A stretch of DNA of 64,000 nt, from contig CAZDIP010000001.1 in assembly GCA_964505635.1 (NCBI GenBank), forward strand, positions 116,386-180,385, written 5' to 3'. Shown here in pieces: positions 30,407 to 38,962 of this stretch. The position numbers and the translations under genes were made by a program. Within the stretch, counting starts at the first letter, position 1, and each line of letters starts with the position of its first letter. This DNA is from an uncultured Candidatus Saccharibacteria bacterium (GTDB lineage: Bacteria; Patescibacteriota; Doudnabacteria; UBA920). The notes under the pieces are model-generated. The model was not told where the DNA came from. It searched no databases and was given only the letters and a program-made list of their open reading frames with translations.

Positions 30407-31093
30407 ATGAATAAAGTAATTATAATTTCCGGAGGCGCCGAGGGTTTAGGCCAGGCTTTGGCCGAAAAACTAAGCAAAAATAACCGGGTGGTTATTTTAG
30501 CCCGCGACGAAAAAAAGGCCAAACAGGCTGCAGAGCAACTTAAATGTGATTATAAATTATGCGACGTGTCTGTTTACAGCCAGGTCGAAAAGGCGGTTTT
30601 GGAAATTATAAAAACTTACAAAAAAATAGATGTGGTTGTAAACAACGCAGGGCTTTGGATAGAAGGGGATTTGGAAAAAAATGACCCAAATCGTATTAAA
30701 GAAGTTATAAACTCTAATACCTTAGGCACCATTTTTTTAACCCGGGCTGTTTTGCCACACTTTAAAAAACGAAAAAGCGGGGCAATTATAAACGTAATTT
30801 CCCGTGCCGGGGTGAATTTAAAGCCAGAGCGCTCGGTTTACCAGGCTTCCAAATGGGCGATTACTGGTTTTACCAAATCTTTGGAAATTGAGCTCGCGCC
30901 CTTTAATATACGGGTGTGTGGAATCTACCCGGGCAAAATCAATACAAGCTTGTTTAAAAACGCTGGAGTAAAGAAAAATTTATCTGATTCTTTAAAAGCA
31001 GGGGATGTGGCAAACGCAGTGGAGTTTATGATAAATATTAAGGAAAGTGTAAGAATTCCGCATTTAGAAATAGTAAGTATGAAAAATTTTTAA
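30407..31093 (+). CDS. Short-chain dehydrogenase/reductase
   Basis: SGGAEGLG, NNAG, YQASK. Confidence 0.92.
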   Translation: MNKVIIISGGAEGLGQALAEKLSKNNRVVILARDEKKAKQAAEQLKCDYKLCDVSVYSQVEKAVLEIIKTYKKIDVVVNNAGLWIEGDLEKNDPNRIKEVINSNTLGTIFLTRAVLPHFKKRKSGAIINVISRAGVNLKPERSVYQASKWAITGFTKSLEIELAPFNIRVCGIYPGKINTSLFKNAGVKKNLSDSLKAGDVANAVEFMINIKESVRIPHLEIVSMKNF

Positions 31094-31103
31094 TAAATTT
31101 GAA

Positions 31104-31130
31104 GGGCGGGCACATACAGCGTGCCCGCCC
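31104..31130. terminator. GC-rich hairpin between the convergent SDR gene and small ORF
   Basis: GGGCGGGCAC-N7-GTGCCCGCCC. Confidence 0.7.
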
Positions 31131-31137
31131 AAAGGAG

Positions 31138-31278
31138 TTAGTCTTTAGAGGTTGCGCGTTCTAGCAACGCGCGTCTCACCTCCCAAGACAGCCCGCGGAT
31201 TTGTAGAAACCGTTGGGCCTCCTCCTTTGTCATGGGCCCGATGTCAATCGGGCCCTCAGCTGGTTTTTCATTTCGCAT
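31138..31278 (-). CDS. Unannotated 46-aa small protein (leaderless)
   Basis: MRNEKPAEGPIDIGPMTKEEAQRFLQIRGLSWEVRRALLERATSKD*; own promoter directly upstream and hairpin downstream. Confidence 0.55.
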   Translation of the reverse strand: MRNEKPAEGPIDIGPMTKEEAQRFLQIRGLSWEVRRALLERATSKD

Positions 31279-31285
31279 AACTCAT

Positions 31286-31314
31286 ATTTTAACATAAATT
31301 TAGTTATTTGTCAA
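31286..31314 (-). promoter_or_regulatory. Consensus sigma70 promoter for the small ORF
   Basis: TTGACA-N17-TAAAAT with extended TG. Confidence 0.7.
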
Positions 31315-32423
31315 TGGAAATTAAAGAAAAAATAAACTTAAAACCCTATACCACGTTTAAAATTGGGGGCTTTGCCGAGTACTTTTGCGAAGTTGAAGAC
31401 CAGTTTGATGCTTTAACGGCTTTTGAATTTGCCGCGGAAAAAAAACTTCAGGTATTTATTTTGGGCGGTGGCAGCAACTTGCTTATAAGCGATAAGGGTT
31501 TTGGCGGTTTGGTTGTAAGGGTTATAAATAAAGGCATTGAAATTATTTCAAAAAGCCAGGGTGAAAGCGAATCGGATACAATTTATTTAAAAGTTGCTTC
31601 GGGCGAGAATTGGGATAGCGTAGTTGAGTTCGCGGTTAAAAATAATTGGTGGGGCATGGAAAATTTGTCCCATATTCCCGGCTCTACCGGAGCCATTGCG
31701 GTGCAAAACGTCGGAGCCTACGGACAGGAGGCTAAAAATATTATTGATTCAGTCACGGTGTTTGACACAAAAACCCGGCAAATTTTAAATTTGGCCGCCA
31801 AAGATTGCGGTTTTGAATATAGGAAAAGCATGTTTAACAATTCCCAAAAAGGGCGCTATATAATTTTTTATATTACTTTTAAATTATCCAAGACACCTAA
31901 ACCGCTTTTAGAGTACAAGGATTTAAAAAAAAGTTTTTCCAATACCCAGGCCAAAACCATGCAGTTACTTTCTGAAATAAGACAGGCTGTAATATCTATC
32001 CGCGATAAAAAATTTCCTTTCCCAACACAGGCAAAAAACGGCAATGCCGGTTCATTTTTTAAAAACCTAATTTTAAGTGGTGAAGAGTATTTAGCTTTAA
32101 AAGCAAAGGTTGAAGTAACCAGTGGAAGCGAAGCTTCGCAGCAATTGGAGAATAAAAAATTTAACGAAGGTAATATTATAAAAATTCCAACAGCTTTTTT
32201 AATGGATATTTGCGATTTGAAAAATTTAGAAGAAGGCGGGGCAGCTATCAACCATAACCAACCTTTGGTAATTATCAATAAAAATGGAAAAGCGACAGCT
32301 GAAAATGTTTTAAATTTGGCAAAAAAAGTAAAGAATACCGTTTATAAAAGATTGGGTATAAATATCCACATAGAACCGGAATTACTGGGGTTTTCTCCAG
32401 AAGAATTGAATGGTATAATATGA
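31314..32423 (+). CDS. murB: UDP-N-acetylenolpyruvoylglucosamine reductase
   Basis: LGGGSN, IPGSTG, QNVGAYG, NAGSFFKN. Confidence 0.95.
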   Translation: MEIKEKINLKPYTTFKIGGFAEYFCEVEDQFDALTAFEFAAEKKLQVFILGGGSNLLISDKGFGGLVVRVINKGIEIISKSQGESESDTIYLKVASGENWDSVVEFAVKNNWWGMENLSHIPGSTGAIAVQNVGAYGQEAKNIIDSVTVFDTKTRQILNLAAKDCGFEYRKSMFNNSQKGRYIIFYITFKLSKTPKPLLEYKDLKKSFSNTQAKTMQLLSEIRQAVISIRDKKFPFPTQAKNGNAGSFFKNLILSGEEYLALKAKVEVTSGSEASQQLENKKFNEGNIIKIPTAFLMDICDLKNLEEGGAAINHNQPLVIINKNGKATAENVLNLAKKVKNTVYKRLGINIHIEPELLGFSPEELNGII

Positions 32424-32569
32424 GAAGAAAATGAACGCATACCGGCTGGTAGAGTTTTATAGCGAGTCCCAACTAAAGAATAAATAGATTAATTCGCTTA
32501 TACACTCCTCTGAATGCAGACATCGTCCGTTACCTGATTCAATATAAGTTTAATATTAATACAAAATCC

Positions 32570-32893
32570 GTGAACATAAATATAAAGGCCACCAATACTA
32601 CTTTGACACCGGCAATTAGGCAAACAATAGAAGACAAAATTCAAGTTTTAGATAAATTCGTCAAAGCTGAGCACAAAATTCGGGTTGAATTGGAGGTTTT
32701 AAAAAAACATCACAAGGGCCTGGTGCACAGAGCGGAAATTGATATTCAGCCGGGAGGCTACTACGCCGACAGTCTGGGTGTGGACTTTTATGCGGCTTTG
32801 GATTTGGTTTTGCCAAAAATCAGGGAACAACTGGCTAAAAAGAAAGACAAAGAGGTGAGTATGCGCAGGCGAGCCGCAAGGAAGAGTATTTGA
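32570..32893 (+). CDS. raiA: Ribosome hibernation factor (short HPF/RaiA)
   Basis: NINIKATNTTLTPAIR, DFYAALD..K..QL..K; GTG start. Confidence 0.88.
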   Translation: MNINIKATNTTLTPAIRQTIEDKIQVLDKFVKAEHKIRVELEVLKKHHKGLVHRAEIDIQPGGYYADSLGVDFYAALDLVLPKIREQLAKKKDKEVSMRRRAARKSI

Positions 32894-32917
32894 CAATAAA
32901 AAAAATTACTTTATACT
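32890..32917 (+). promoter_or_regulatory. Sigma70 promoter of the leader/attenuator unit
   Basis: TTGACA-N16-TATACT, 6 nt upstream of ATG 32924. Confidence 0.7.
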
Positions 32918-32923
32918 TGTACT

Positions 32924-33010
32924 ATGTTAAGTTTCGGATTAAATTTAAATAATTCCTGGCCTTGGTTTTGCGTCACTTCGCAAAGCCGTGGTTTTAAAGT
33001 ACTTACTTAA
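32924..33010 (+). CDS. Putative attenuator leader peptide (28 aa, WPW)
   Basis: MLSFGLNLNNSWPWFCVTSQSRGFKVLT*; leaderless geometry; overlaps alternative RNA helices. Confidence 0.6.
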   Translation: MLSFGLNLNNSWPWFCVTSQSRGFKVLT

Positions 33011-33030
33011 TTACGTAATTAATTACTTAC

Positions 33031-33058
33031 CCACCTTCTTTGCGAAGGTGGTTTTTTT
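33031..33058 (+). terminator. Attenuator terminator
   Basis: CCACCTTC-tttgc-GAAGGTGG followed by T7; 33038-33047 is perfectly complementary to 32976-32985. Confidence 0.8.
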
Positions 33059-33136
33059 GTGCGGTTTAATAACTAATCTTACTTTATCAGGTTAGTTATT
33101 AGCCCACACATTAGGGCTATACTTATAGGAGGCTTG

Positions 33137-33946
33137 ATGGGGACAAGAAGCTCGCAAGAACTATACAGGCTTTGCAACCTCGTTTTTCCTGTCTCTGAAC
33201 TTTTGCCCGAAATCCCAGATTGGGTAAAACGGGCGATTGGCCAGAGATTGACACGCGATAAAATAACCCTGGTTTCGGCAGTTTGTCCTGACTACGAAAT
33301 CAAGAACGGTAAATTCACTTACAAGGCCATGGGTCGTGATGCGCCACACACAGCGCTTCAGCACCTCAAATTAATGAAGGGTGCATGTGACGCATTGGAA
33401 AGTTTGGGTGTAGAGGTGGATTACCAGATGACACTGGCCGATACGGAGCTTGACCTGCCTTTAGTGGTAAATAACCTCGCCGGAGGAAGCAAGGACATTT
33501 TTCTTGAGAAGTGCCAGGAAAGTTGCAGAGTTCTTGAGCGACAAGCCGAGAGACTCGGAGTTCGGCTGCTGGGATGCAGGCGCTTTACGGAAGCATTCAG
33601 CAACTGGTACTGTGTTTACGAACGTGCCCGGCAGGTCCTGGAGGCGGAGATGTCGAATTCCTGGGCGCTCAAGCACGAATTAAACATCAGTTCACAAAGC
33701 CGCCTGCCACTTTACAAAGCCATGGCCGGACAGCAGGTTGGCCTGGATTACTGCCGTGAAATGGTAGTGCGCCAGTGGGCGCAATACATGACTTGGGGTG
33801 AATGTGCCGAAGGTTTGTACGGGTCTGGTTTGGTAATGATTAACCATTCAACACCCAACTTGGGCAAGGTTAACTATCCCAAATTTCGGGCTGGGAAACA
33901 ACGAATACCCATTCTGAAACTCAACATCTCTACCATGCCCGAATAG
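33137..33946 (+). CDS. Uncharacterised protein, possible HUP/class-I aaRS-like (CDPS-like) fold
   Basis: AGGAGG SD; motifs VSAVCPDY, TLADTE, RLPLY, QWAQY; visibly more GC-rich than its neighbours; the fold call is inference. Confidence 0.6.
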   Translation: MGTRSSQELYRLCNLVFPVSELLPEIPDWVKRAIGQRLTRDKITLVSAVCPDYEIKNGKFTYKAMGRDAPHTALQHLKLMKGACDALESLGVEVDYQMTLADTELDLPLVVNNLAGGSKDIFLEKCQESCRVLERQAERLGVRLLGCRRFTEAFSNWYCVYERARQVLEAEMSNSWALKHELNISSQSRLPLYKAMAGQQVGLDYCREMVVRQWAQYMTWGECAEGLYGSGLVMINHSTPNLGKVNYPKFRAGKQRIPILKLNISTMPE

Positions 33947-33964
33947 GTGAGCAACTTGTAAACG

Positions 33965-33998
33965 CGCGGCTCTCTGCAAAGGGAGCCGTGAAATTTTT
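33965..33998 (+). terminator. Terminator after the attenuated gene
   Basis: CGCGGCTCTC-tgcaaa-GGGAGCCGTG followed by an A/T-rich tract. Confidence 0.65.
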
Positions 33999-34017
33999 GT
34001 TATAATTAAGTAAATTT

Positions 34018-34665
34018 ATGAAAAATATTTTTTTAATCACGAGTGCCCCCATAATAAATGCCATACACCCCTATGGCCTATATGACTCGTATAGTTTGGT
34101 TTCTCAAGACAAGTTATTTGCACCTTTAGCAAGTAAAGCAAAAAAATTACTTTTCTTTAAAAAAAAGAAAATTTTAAAAGAGCGGGTAAGCAAAATTTTC
34201 AGCGCTGAAAAAGGTCAGACGCTTGAAACAGCTAAACTTTTAAAAACTAAAGGCGTTAAAATTTTTCCTACCAAGGCCTTAAAAAATATAACATTTTCCA
34301 TGGAATCCTGTATTTCAAAAAATACCTTTATGTCTTTAGGTACTAAAGAAGCGCTTAAAGTTGCAAGGAAACAATTCGTAATTCAATTATTTAACAATAA
34401 TCTGGGTGAGTCAATGGATTCAGTTATTTTGCGCTCAAAAATTTTAATAAATATTATGAAAAAGGAAAATAAAAACTCACTTTTTATTGGCCATAGTTTT
34501 TTTATAAAAATCTTTGAAATATTTTTAACCGACCCGAAAGCCCTTTTAAATCAACGTAAATTTGTTAATCGCTTTAATGCCGCAAATAAGCCATTCAACC
34601 CTCTTGAAGGACTAAAGATTGAATTTATCAATGGTTCAATTAGGGTTTTCAAATACAGGCTTTAA
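34018..34665 (+). CDS. Degenerate histidine-phosphatase-fold protein
   Basis: IFSAEKGQTLETAKLL and LFIGHSFFIK resemble PGM-family motifs; RHG motif absent. Confidence 0.45.
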   Translation: MKNIFLITSAPIINAIHPYGLYDSYSLVSQDKLFAPLASKAKKLLFFKKKKILKERVSKIFSAEKGQTLETAKLLKTKGVKIFPTKALKNITFSMESCISKNTFMSLGTKEALKVARKQFVIQLFNNNLGESMDSVILRSKILINIMKKENKNSLFIGHSFFIKIFEIFLTDPKALLNQRKFVNRFNAANKPFNPLEGLKIEFINGSIRVFKYRL

Positions 34666-34698
34666 TGCTATAATCAGCTAGTATTTATTGAATTTATT

Positions 34699-37392
34699 AT
34701 GTCTTTTTTAAGCAAATTATTCGGTGAAAAGTCAGCCTGGGATAAATATTTTTCCGAACTTGGCTATGTCAATTCGGCAAAAACGGAAATAGCAGGTTTA
34801 TCGCAAGAACAAATTAAGCAAGAAATCGCCGGTTTTAAATCCGACGTGTCGGTTTTAGAAAATAAAGAAGAAATAGCAAAAAAACTTAAAGAAATCAGGC
34901 CTAGAGTTTTTGCATTAGTCAGAGAGGCGGGCAAGCGTGTTTTAAATCAAACTCACTACGACGTGCAAATAGTTGGCGGACTTTCCTTATCTGACAACAA
35001 AATTGCGGAAATGAAAACCGGTGAGGGAAAAACCCTGACTGCCACATTGCCCCTGGTTTTGTTTGCTTTAGCCGGGAAAGGTTCGCATTTAGTTACGGTT
35101 AACGACTATTTGGCTCGGTGGCAGGCCTCCTTAATGGGCCCCTTGTTTCATTATCTGGGACTTTCAGTGGCTTCCATTCAGCACGAAGCTTCGTTTTTGT
35201 ATGACCCTGACTATAAACCGGATGAAGAAGAAATCAAGAAGGTGGAAAGCCGGACAGAGGGGCTGATTATGGACGTAAAACATATGCGTCCGGTTAGCAG
35301 AAAAGAAGCTTACGCGACTGATATTACTTATGGCACAAATAACGAGTTTGGTTTTGATTATTTGCGCGACAACATGGTCCAGCATTTTAGCCAAATGGTT
35401 CAGCGCGACCTATTTTTTGCCATTGTGGACGAAGTTGACTCAATTTTGATAGACGAAGCCCGCACCCCGTTAATAATAAGCGCGCCGGATACTGAGCCCA
35501 CCAGTAAGTATTATGATTTTGCCAAGTTAGTTGAAAGACTGGAAGAAAAAAATGACTATACGGTAGACGAAAAACACAAAGCCGCTTCTTTAAATGACGA
35601 AGGTATAAGCAAAATTGAAGAAATATTAAAGGTCCCTAATATTTACGATACGTCTAAAGGGGTTACCACTATCCACCATATAGAACAAGCTCTTCGGGCA
35701 AAAACTTTGTTTAAAAAAGACCGCGACTACGTGGTTAGAGATGGCGAAATAATTATTGTAGACGAATTTACCGGCAGACTTATGTTTGGACGCCGTTATA
35801 GCGAAGGACTTCACCAAGCTATAGAAGCCAAAGAAAACGTTAAGATCCAGCAGGAAAGTAAAACTCTGGCAACTATTACCTTCCAGAACCTTTTTAGGCT
35901 CTACATGTTTTTATCCGGCATGACAGGCACGGCTAAAACTGAGGAGGAGGAATTTTTTAAGATTTATCGCCTCACGGTTGAGCAGATACCTACGAACAAG
36001 CCCATGGTCAGAAAAGACGCTTCCGATATGGTGTACAAAACCGAAGAGGCAAAATTTATAGCTATAGCCAGGGAAGTAAAAGAGCGGAACAAAGCCGGCC
36101 AGCCGGTTTTAATTGGCACGGTGTCCATTGCAAAAAATGAAATGCTGGCCGAGGTTTTAAAAAAAGAAGGCGTACAGTTTGAAATTTTAAATGCTAAAAA
36201 CCACGAACGAGAAGCGCATATTATCTCCCAGGCAGGCCGTTTTAAAGCGGTTACATTGGCAACCAATATTGCGGGCCGCGGCGTGGACATCCTGCTCGGC
36301 GGCAATCCTGTTAGCGCTGAAGAGGCCGAAGCTGTAAAACAGGCCGGCGGACTCCATATTTTAGGTACCGAAAGGCATGAGTCCAGGCGCATAGACAACC
36401 AACTTAGGGGCCGCAGCGGCCGCCAGGGCGACCCTGGCAGCAGCCAATTTTTTGTTTCCATGGAAGACGACTTAATGCGTCTGTTTGGCGGTGAACGCAT
36501 GAAATCTTTAATGGACACTCTGGGCCTGCCTGACGACCAGCCAATAGAAGCAGGTCTCGTTTCTAAGTCAATTGAGCAAGCGCAAAAGAAAATAGAAGGA
36601 CTGAACTTTGATACCCGCAAACACGTATTGGAATTTGATGATGTGTTAAACCACCAACGTAATATAATATATAAAATACGCAGGCGTTATTTGCCGGGTT
36701 ACCCGAAAGAAAAAATAGAAGAGCAAAAAAATCTAAAACAGGAGTTTTTGGATTTGATAAAAACCGAATTTGCAGAACTTGTATCGTTGCATTTAAATGC
36801 TATTGACGAAAAGGGAAATACGACGGAAGACTGGGACAATTTAATAAAAATTTTGGGCACAATTTTGCCAATGGACACTGAATTTGTTAATTCCATAAAA
36901 GAAGAGGCAAAAAACTCGGGCAGCAAAGAATTTGCAGTGATTGATGCGCTTAACCAGAAGGCGGAAAAGTTGTTGGAAGACAAAGAAAAACAAATGGGGC
37001 AGGAAATTTTTGACGGGGCAATGCGTTTTGTCGCCCTGCAGTCCCTAGACACCCTGTGGATGGAACACCTAGACACCATGGACCACTTGCGCGACTCTGT
37101 GAGGCTTAGGGGTTACGGGCAAAGGGATCCTTTAGTAGAATACAAAAAGGAAGGGTTTTTAATGTTCCAGAACCTGGTAAAAGAAATGAACAAGCAGATG
37201 GTTTATACCATTTTCCATATTAACGTTCAAAAAGCCCCGGAGGTGCAGGAGCAAAAAAACCTGATTACCAACCAGCCGCAGGCTTCAAATCATTCTGAAG
37301 CCTCGAGTGACCCCAAATTCCAAAATATAGGCCGCAACGACCCTTGCCCGTGCGGCAGCGGAAAAAAATATAAGAAGTGTCATGGTAAATAA
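34699..37392 (+). CDS. secA: Preprotein translocase ATPase SecA
   Basis: MKTGEGKT, VDEVDSILIDEARTP, QLRGRSGRQGDPG, C-terminal SEC-C (CPCGSGKKYKKCH). Confidence 0.98.
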   Translation: MSFLSKLFGEKSAWDKYFSELGYVNSAKTEIAGLSQEQIKQEIAGFKSDVSVLENKEEIAKKLKEIRPRVFALVREAGKRVLNQTHYDVQIVGGLSLSDNKIAEMKTGEGKTLTATLPLVLFALAGKGSHLVTVNDYLARWQASLMGPLFHYLGLSVASIQHEASFLYDPDYKPDEEEIKKVESRTEGLIMDVKHMRPVSRKEAYATDITYGTNNEFGFDYLRDNMVQHFSQMVQRDLFFAIVDEVDSILIDEARTPLIISAPDTEPTSKYYDFAKLVERLEEKNDYTVDEKHKAASLNDEGISKIEEILKVPNIYDTSKGVTTIHHIEQALRAKTLFKKDRDYVVRDGEIIIVDEFTGRLMFGRRYSEGLHQAIEAKENVKIQQESKTLATITFQNLFRLYMFLSGMTGTAKTEEEEFFKIYRLTVEQIPTNKPMVRKDASDMVYKTEEAKFIAIAREVKERNKAGQPVLIGTVSIAKNEMLAEVLKKEGVQFEILNAKNHEREAHIISQAGRFKAVTLATNIAGRGVDILLGGNPVSAEEAEAVKQAGGLHILGTERHESRRIDNQLRGRSGRQGDPGSSQFFVSMEDDLMRLFGGERMKSLMDTLGLPDDQPIEAGLVSKSIEQAQKKIEGLNFDTRKHVLEFDDVLNHQRNIIYKIRRRYLPGYPKEKIEEQKNLKQEFLDLIKTEFAELVSLHLNAIDEKGNTTEDWDNLIKILGTILPMDTEFVNSIKEEAKNSGSKEFAVIDALNQKAEKLLEDKEKQMGQEIFDGAMRFVALQSLDTLWMEHLDTMDHLRDSVRLRGYGQRDPLVEYKKEGFLMFQNLVKEMNKQMVYTIFHINVQKAPEVQEQKNLITNQPQASNHSEASSDPKFQNIGRNDPCPCGSGKKYKKCHGK

Positions 37393-37831
37393 AGAACGGT
37401 TCAAACTAATCCCCGAAGTGCATTTAGTCCTTGTGCATGATGAAAAAATTTTGCTATCCCGAAGATTTAAGACAGGATATGAAGATGGAAATTACAGTAT
37501 GATTGCCGGACATGCAGACGGGGGAGAAACAATGCGAGAGGCAGTTGCACGAGAGGCATTGGAAGAGGGAGGTATTATCGTAAACCCGCAAGAACTTAAA
37601 CACCTGCTGACCATGCACCGCTGGTGCGGCGACCATGAACGAATAGCTTTTTTCTTTAAAGCAGAGAGGTGGCAAGGCGACATCCGCAATATGGAGCCTG
37701 GTAAATGTGACGACCTGCAATGGTTCCCGTTAAGTAAATTGCCAGATAATACCGTGTCCTACATTAGTAAAGCCATTGACTGCTGTATGAGCGGACAAAA
37801 TTACTGTGAATTTGGGTGGGGTAGTAAATAA
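37382..37831 (+). CDS. NUDIX hydrolase
   Basis: AGHADGGE...AREALEEGG Nudix box; EPGKCD. Confidence 0.9.
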   Translation: MVNKERFKLIPEVHLVLVHDEKILLSRRFKTGYEDGNYSMIAGHADGGETMREAVAREALEEGGIIVNPQELKHLLTMHRWCGDHERIAFFFKAERWQGDIRNMEPGKCDDLQWFPLSKLPDNTVSYISKAIDCCMSGQNYCEFGWGSK

Positions 37832-37842
37832 ATATTTTATAT

Positions 37843-38475
37843 ATGACGGACAGTAAAAAAACAACTCACCTAAAACTTGCGAGTTTTATTTACGAAACCG
37901 GGATACACAGCAAAACCCCCCGTTCGGGTTTTTGGCTTTTGGGCAGCGGTAGCCAGTCCGTAGCTGAACATTTATTCCACACGGCCATGATAGCGTATGC
38001 CCTGGCTAATTTGTACCCAAAGGCCGATATAGGAAAAATAGTCTTAATGGCTTTATTGCATGACATAGGCGAAGGCAGAACCTCCGACCACAATTATATG
38101 CACCAACGCTACGGCAGGCTTTCGGAAAGCGAGGCGGTTAAAGACTTGTCGCAAAGCGTGCCTTTCGGAAAAGAAATTTTAAACCTTTATACTGAAGAGC
38201 AGGCCAAAGTCACTTTAGAAGCGAAAATTGTCAAAGATGCCGACATTTTAGAGTGGATCTCAACGTTAAGAGTAGAAGAAATAAAAGGCAACAGCAAAGC
38301 CAAAGAGTGGATTAATATAGCAAAAAAGGGGTTAAAAACCAAGGAAGGTAAAAGTCTATGCAAGAGTTTAATAAAAATGCACCCGGATGAATGGTGGTTT
38401 AACAAAAAAGATCCTTGGTTTGTTCACCGCAAAGCCAAAGATAGGGAGTGGCAAAAAAAATATGGAAAAAAGTAA
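37843..38475 (+). CDS. HD-domain hydrolase (YfbR/HDDC2-like)
   Basis: RSG, SVAEH, LLHDIGE, KDAD. Confidence 0.88.
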   Translation: MTDSKKTTHLKLASFIYETGIHSKTPRSGFWLLGSGSQSVAEHLFHTAMIAYALANLYPKADIGKIVLMALLHDIGEGRTSDHNYMHQRYGRLSESEAVKDLSQSVPFGKEILNLYTEEQAKVTLEAKIVKDADILEWISTLRVEEIKGNSKAKEWINIAKKGLKTKEGKSLCKSLIKMHPDEWWFNKKDPWFVHRKAKDREWQKKYGKK

Positions 38476-38962
38476 GTTTATTATTTGTAAAGACATTCAC
38501 AATAAAGAGTATAAAATTAGTACAGCTAAAATTGAATTCAGGCCAAGCGTATACGCGGTAATTGTAAAAAACAGCAGTGTACTTTTAGTGCCACAATGGG
38601 ATGGCTACGATTTTCCCGGAGGGGGAATGCACAAAACCGAATCAATAAAACAGGCTTTTAAAAGGGAAGTCTGGGAGGAAACAGGACTTAATGCGGAAAT
38701 AGGGGCATTACTTCTCTGTGACAATGATTTTTTTTATTCTCGCTCACAAAAACAAGGATACAATACCATTTTAATGTATTTTTCAGTAAAAAATTTCTTT
38801 GGAAAAGTAACTGATGCTAATTTTGACTCCCATGAAAAAACTTACGCAAAAAAAGCAGAATGGATTAAACTTAATAATATTAAAAGATTAAAATTTTATA
38901 ACGCTATAAACAGCGTGGAATTAATAAGAAAGGCGGAAAAAACCTATGGCAAGCGATTTTAA
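38462..38962 (+). CDS. NUDIX hydrolase
   Basis: PGGG....E......REVWEETG; start placed at ATG 38462. Confidence 0.88.
   Translation: MEKSKFIICKDIHNKEYKISTAKIEFRPSVYAVIVKNSSVLLVPQWDGYDFPGGGMHKTESIKQAFKREVWEETGLNAEIGALLLCDNDFFYSRSQKQGYNTILMYFSVKNFFGKVTDANFDSHEKTYAKKAEWIKLNNIKRLKFYNAINSVELIRKAEKTYGKRF

Noticed and set aside
32424-32569. Canonical raiA-motif RNA or SRP RNA
   Set aside because: Shorter than the raiA motif and lacking recognisable consensus; no SRP domain IV GNRA/CAGG-AGCA pattern found.
32920-33130. T-box riboswitch or known metabolite riboswitch as the explanation for the leader
   Set aside because: No T-box (UGGNACC) consensus or stem-I motifs visible; the leader-peptide model fits better. 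An Rfam scan is still needed.
35964-36620. 218-aa minus-strand ORF and the many other antisense ORFs in the track
   Set aside because: Shadow frames of well-conserved genes (secA, murB, alaS and others); no motifs or own expression signals.
38387-38461. N-terminal extensions of NUDIX (38387) and YfiH (42857)
   Set aside because: They overlap upstream genes extensively; downstream ATGs at 38462 and 42890 give typical sizes and coupling.
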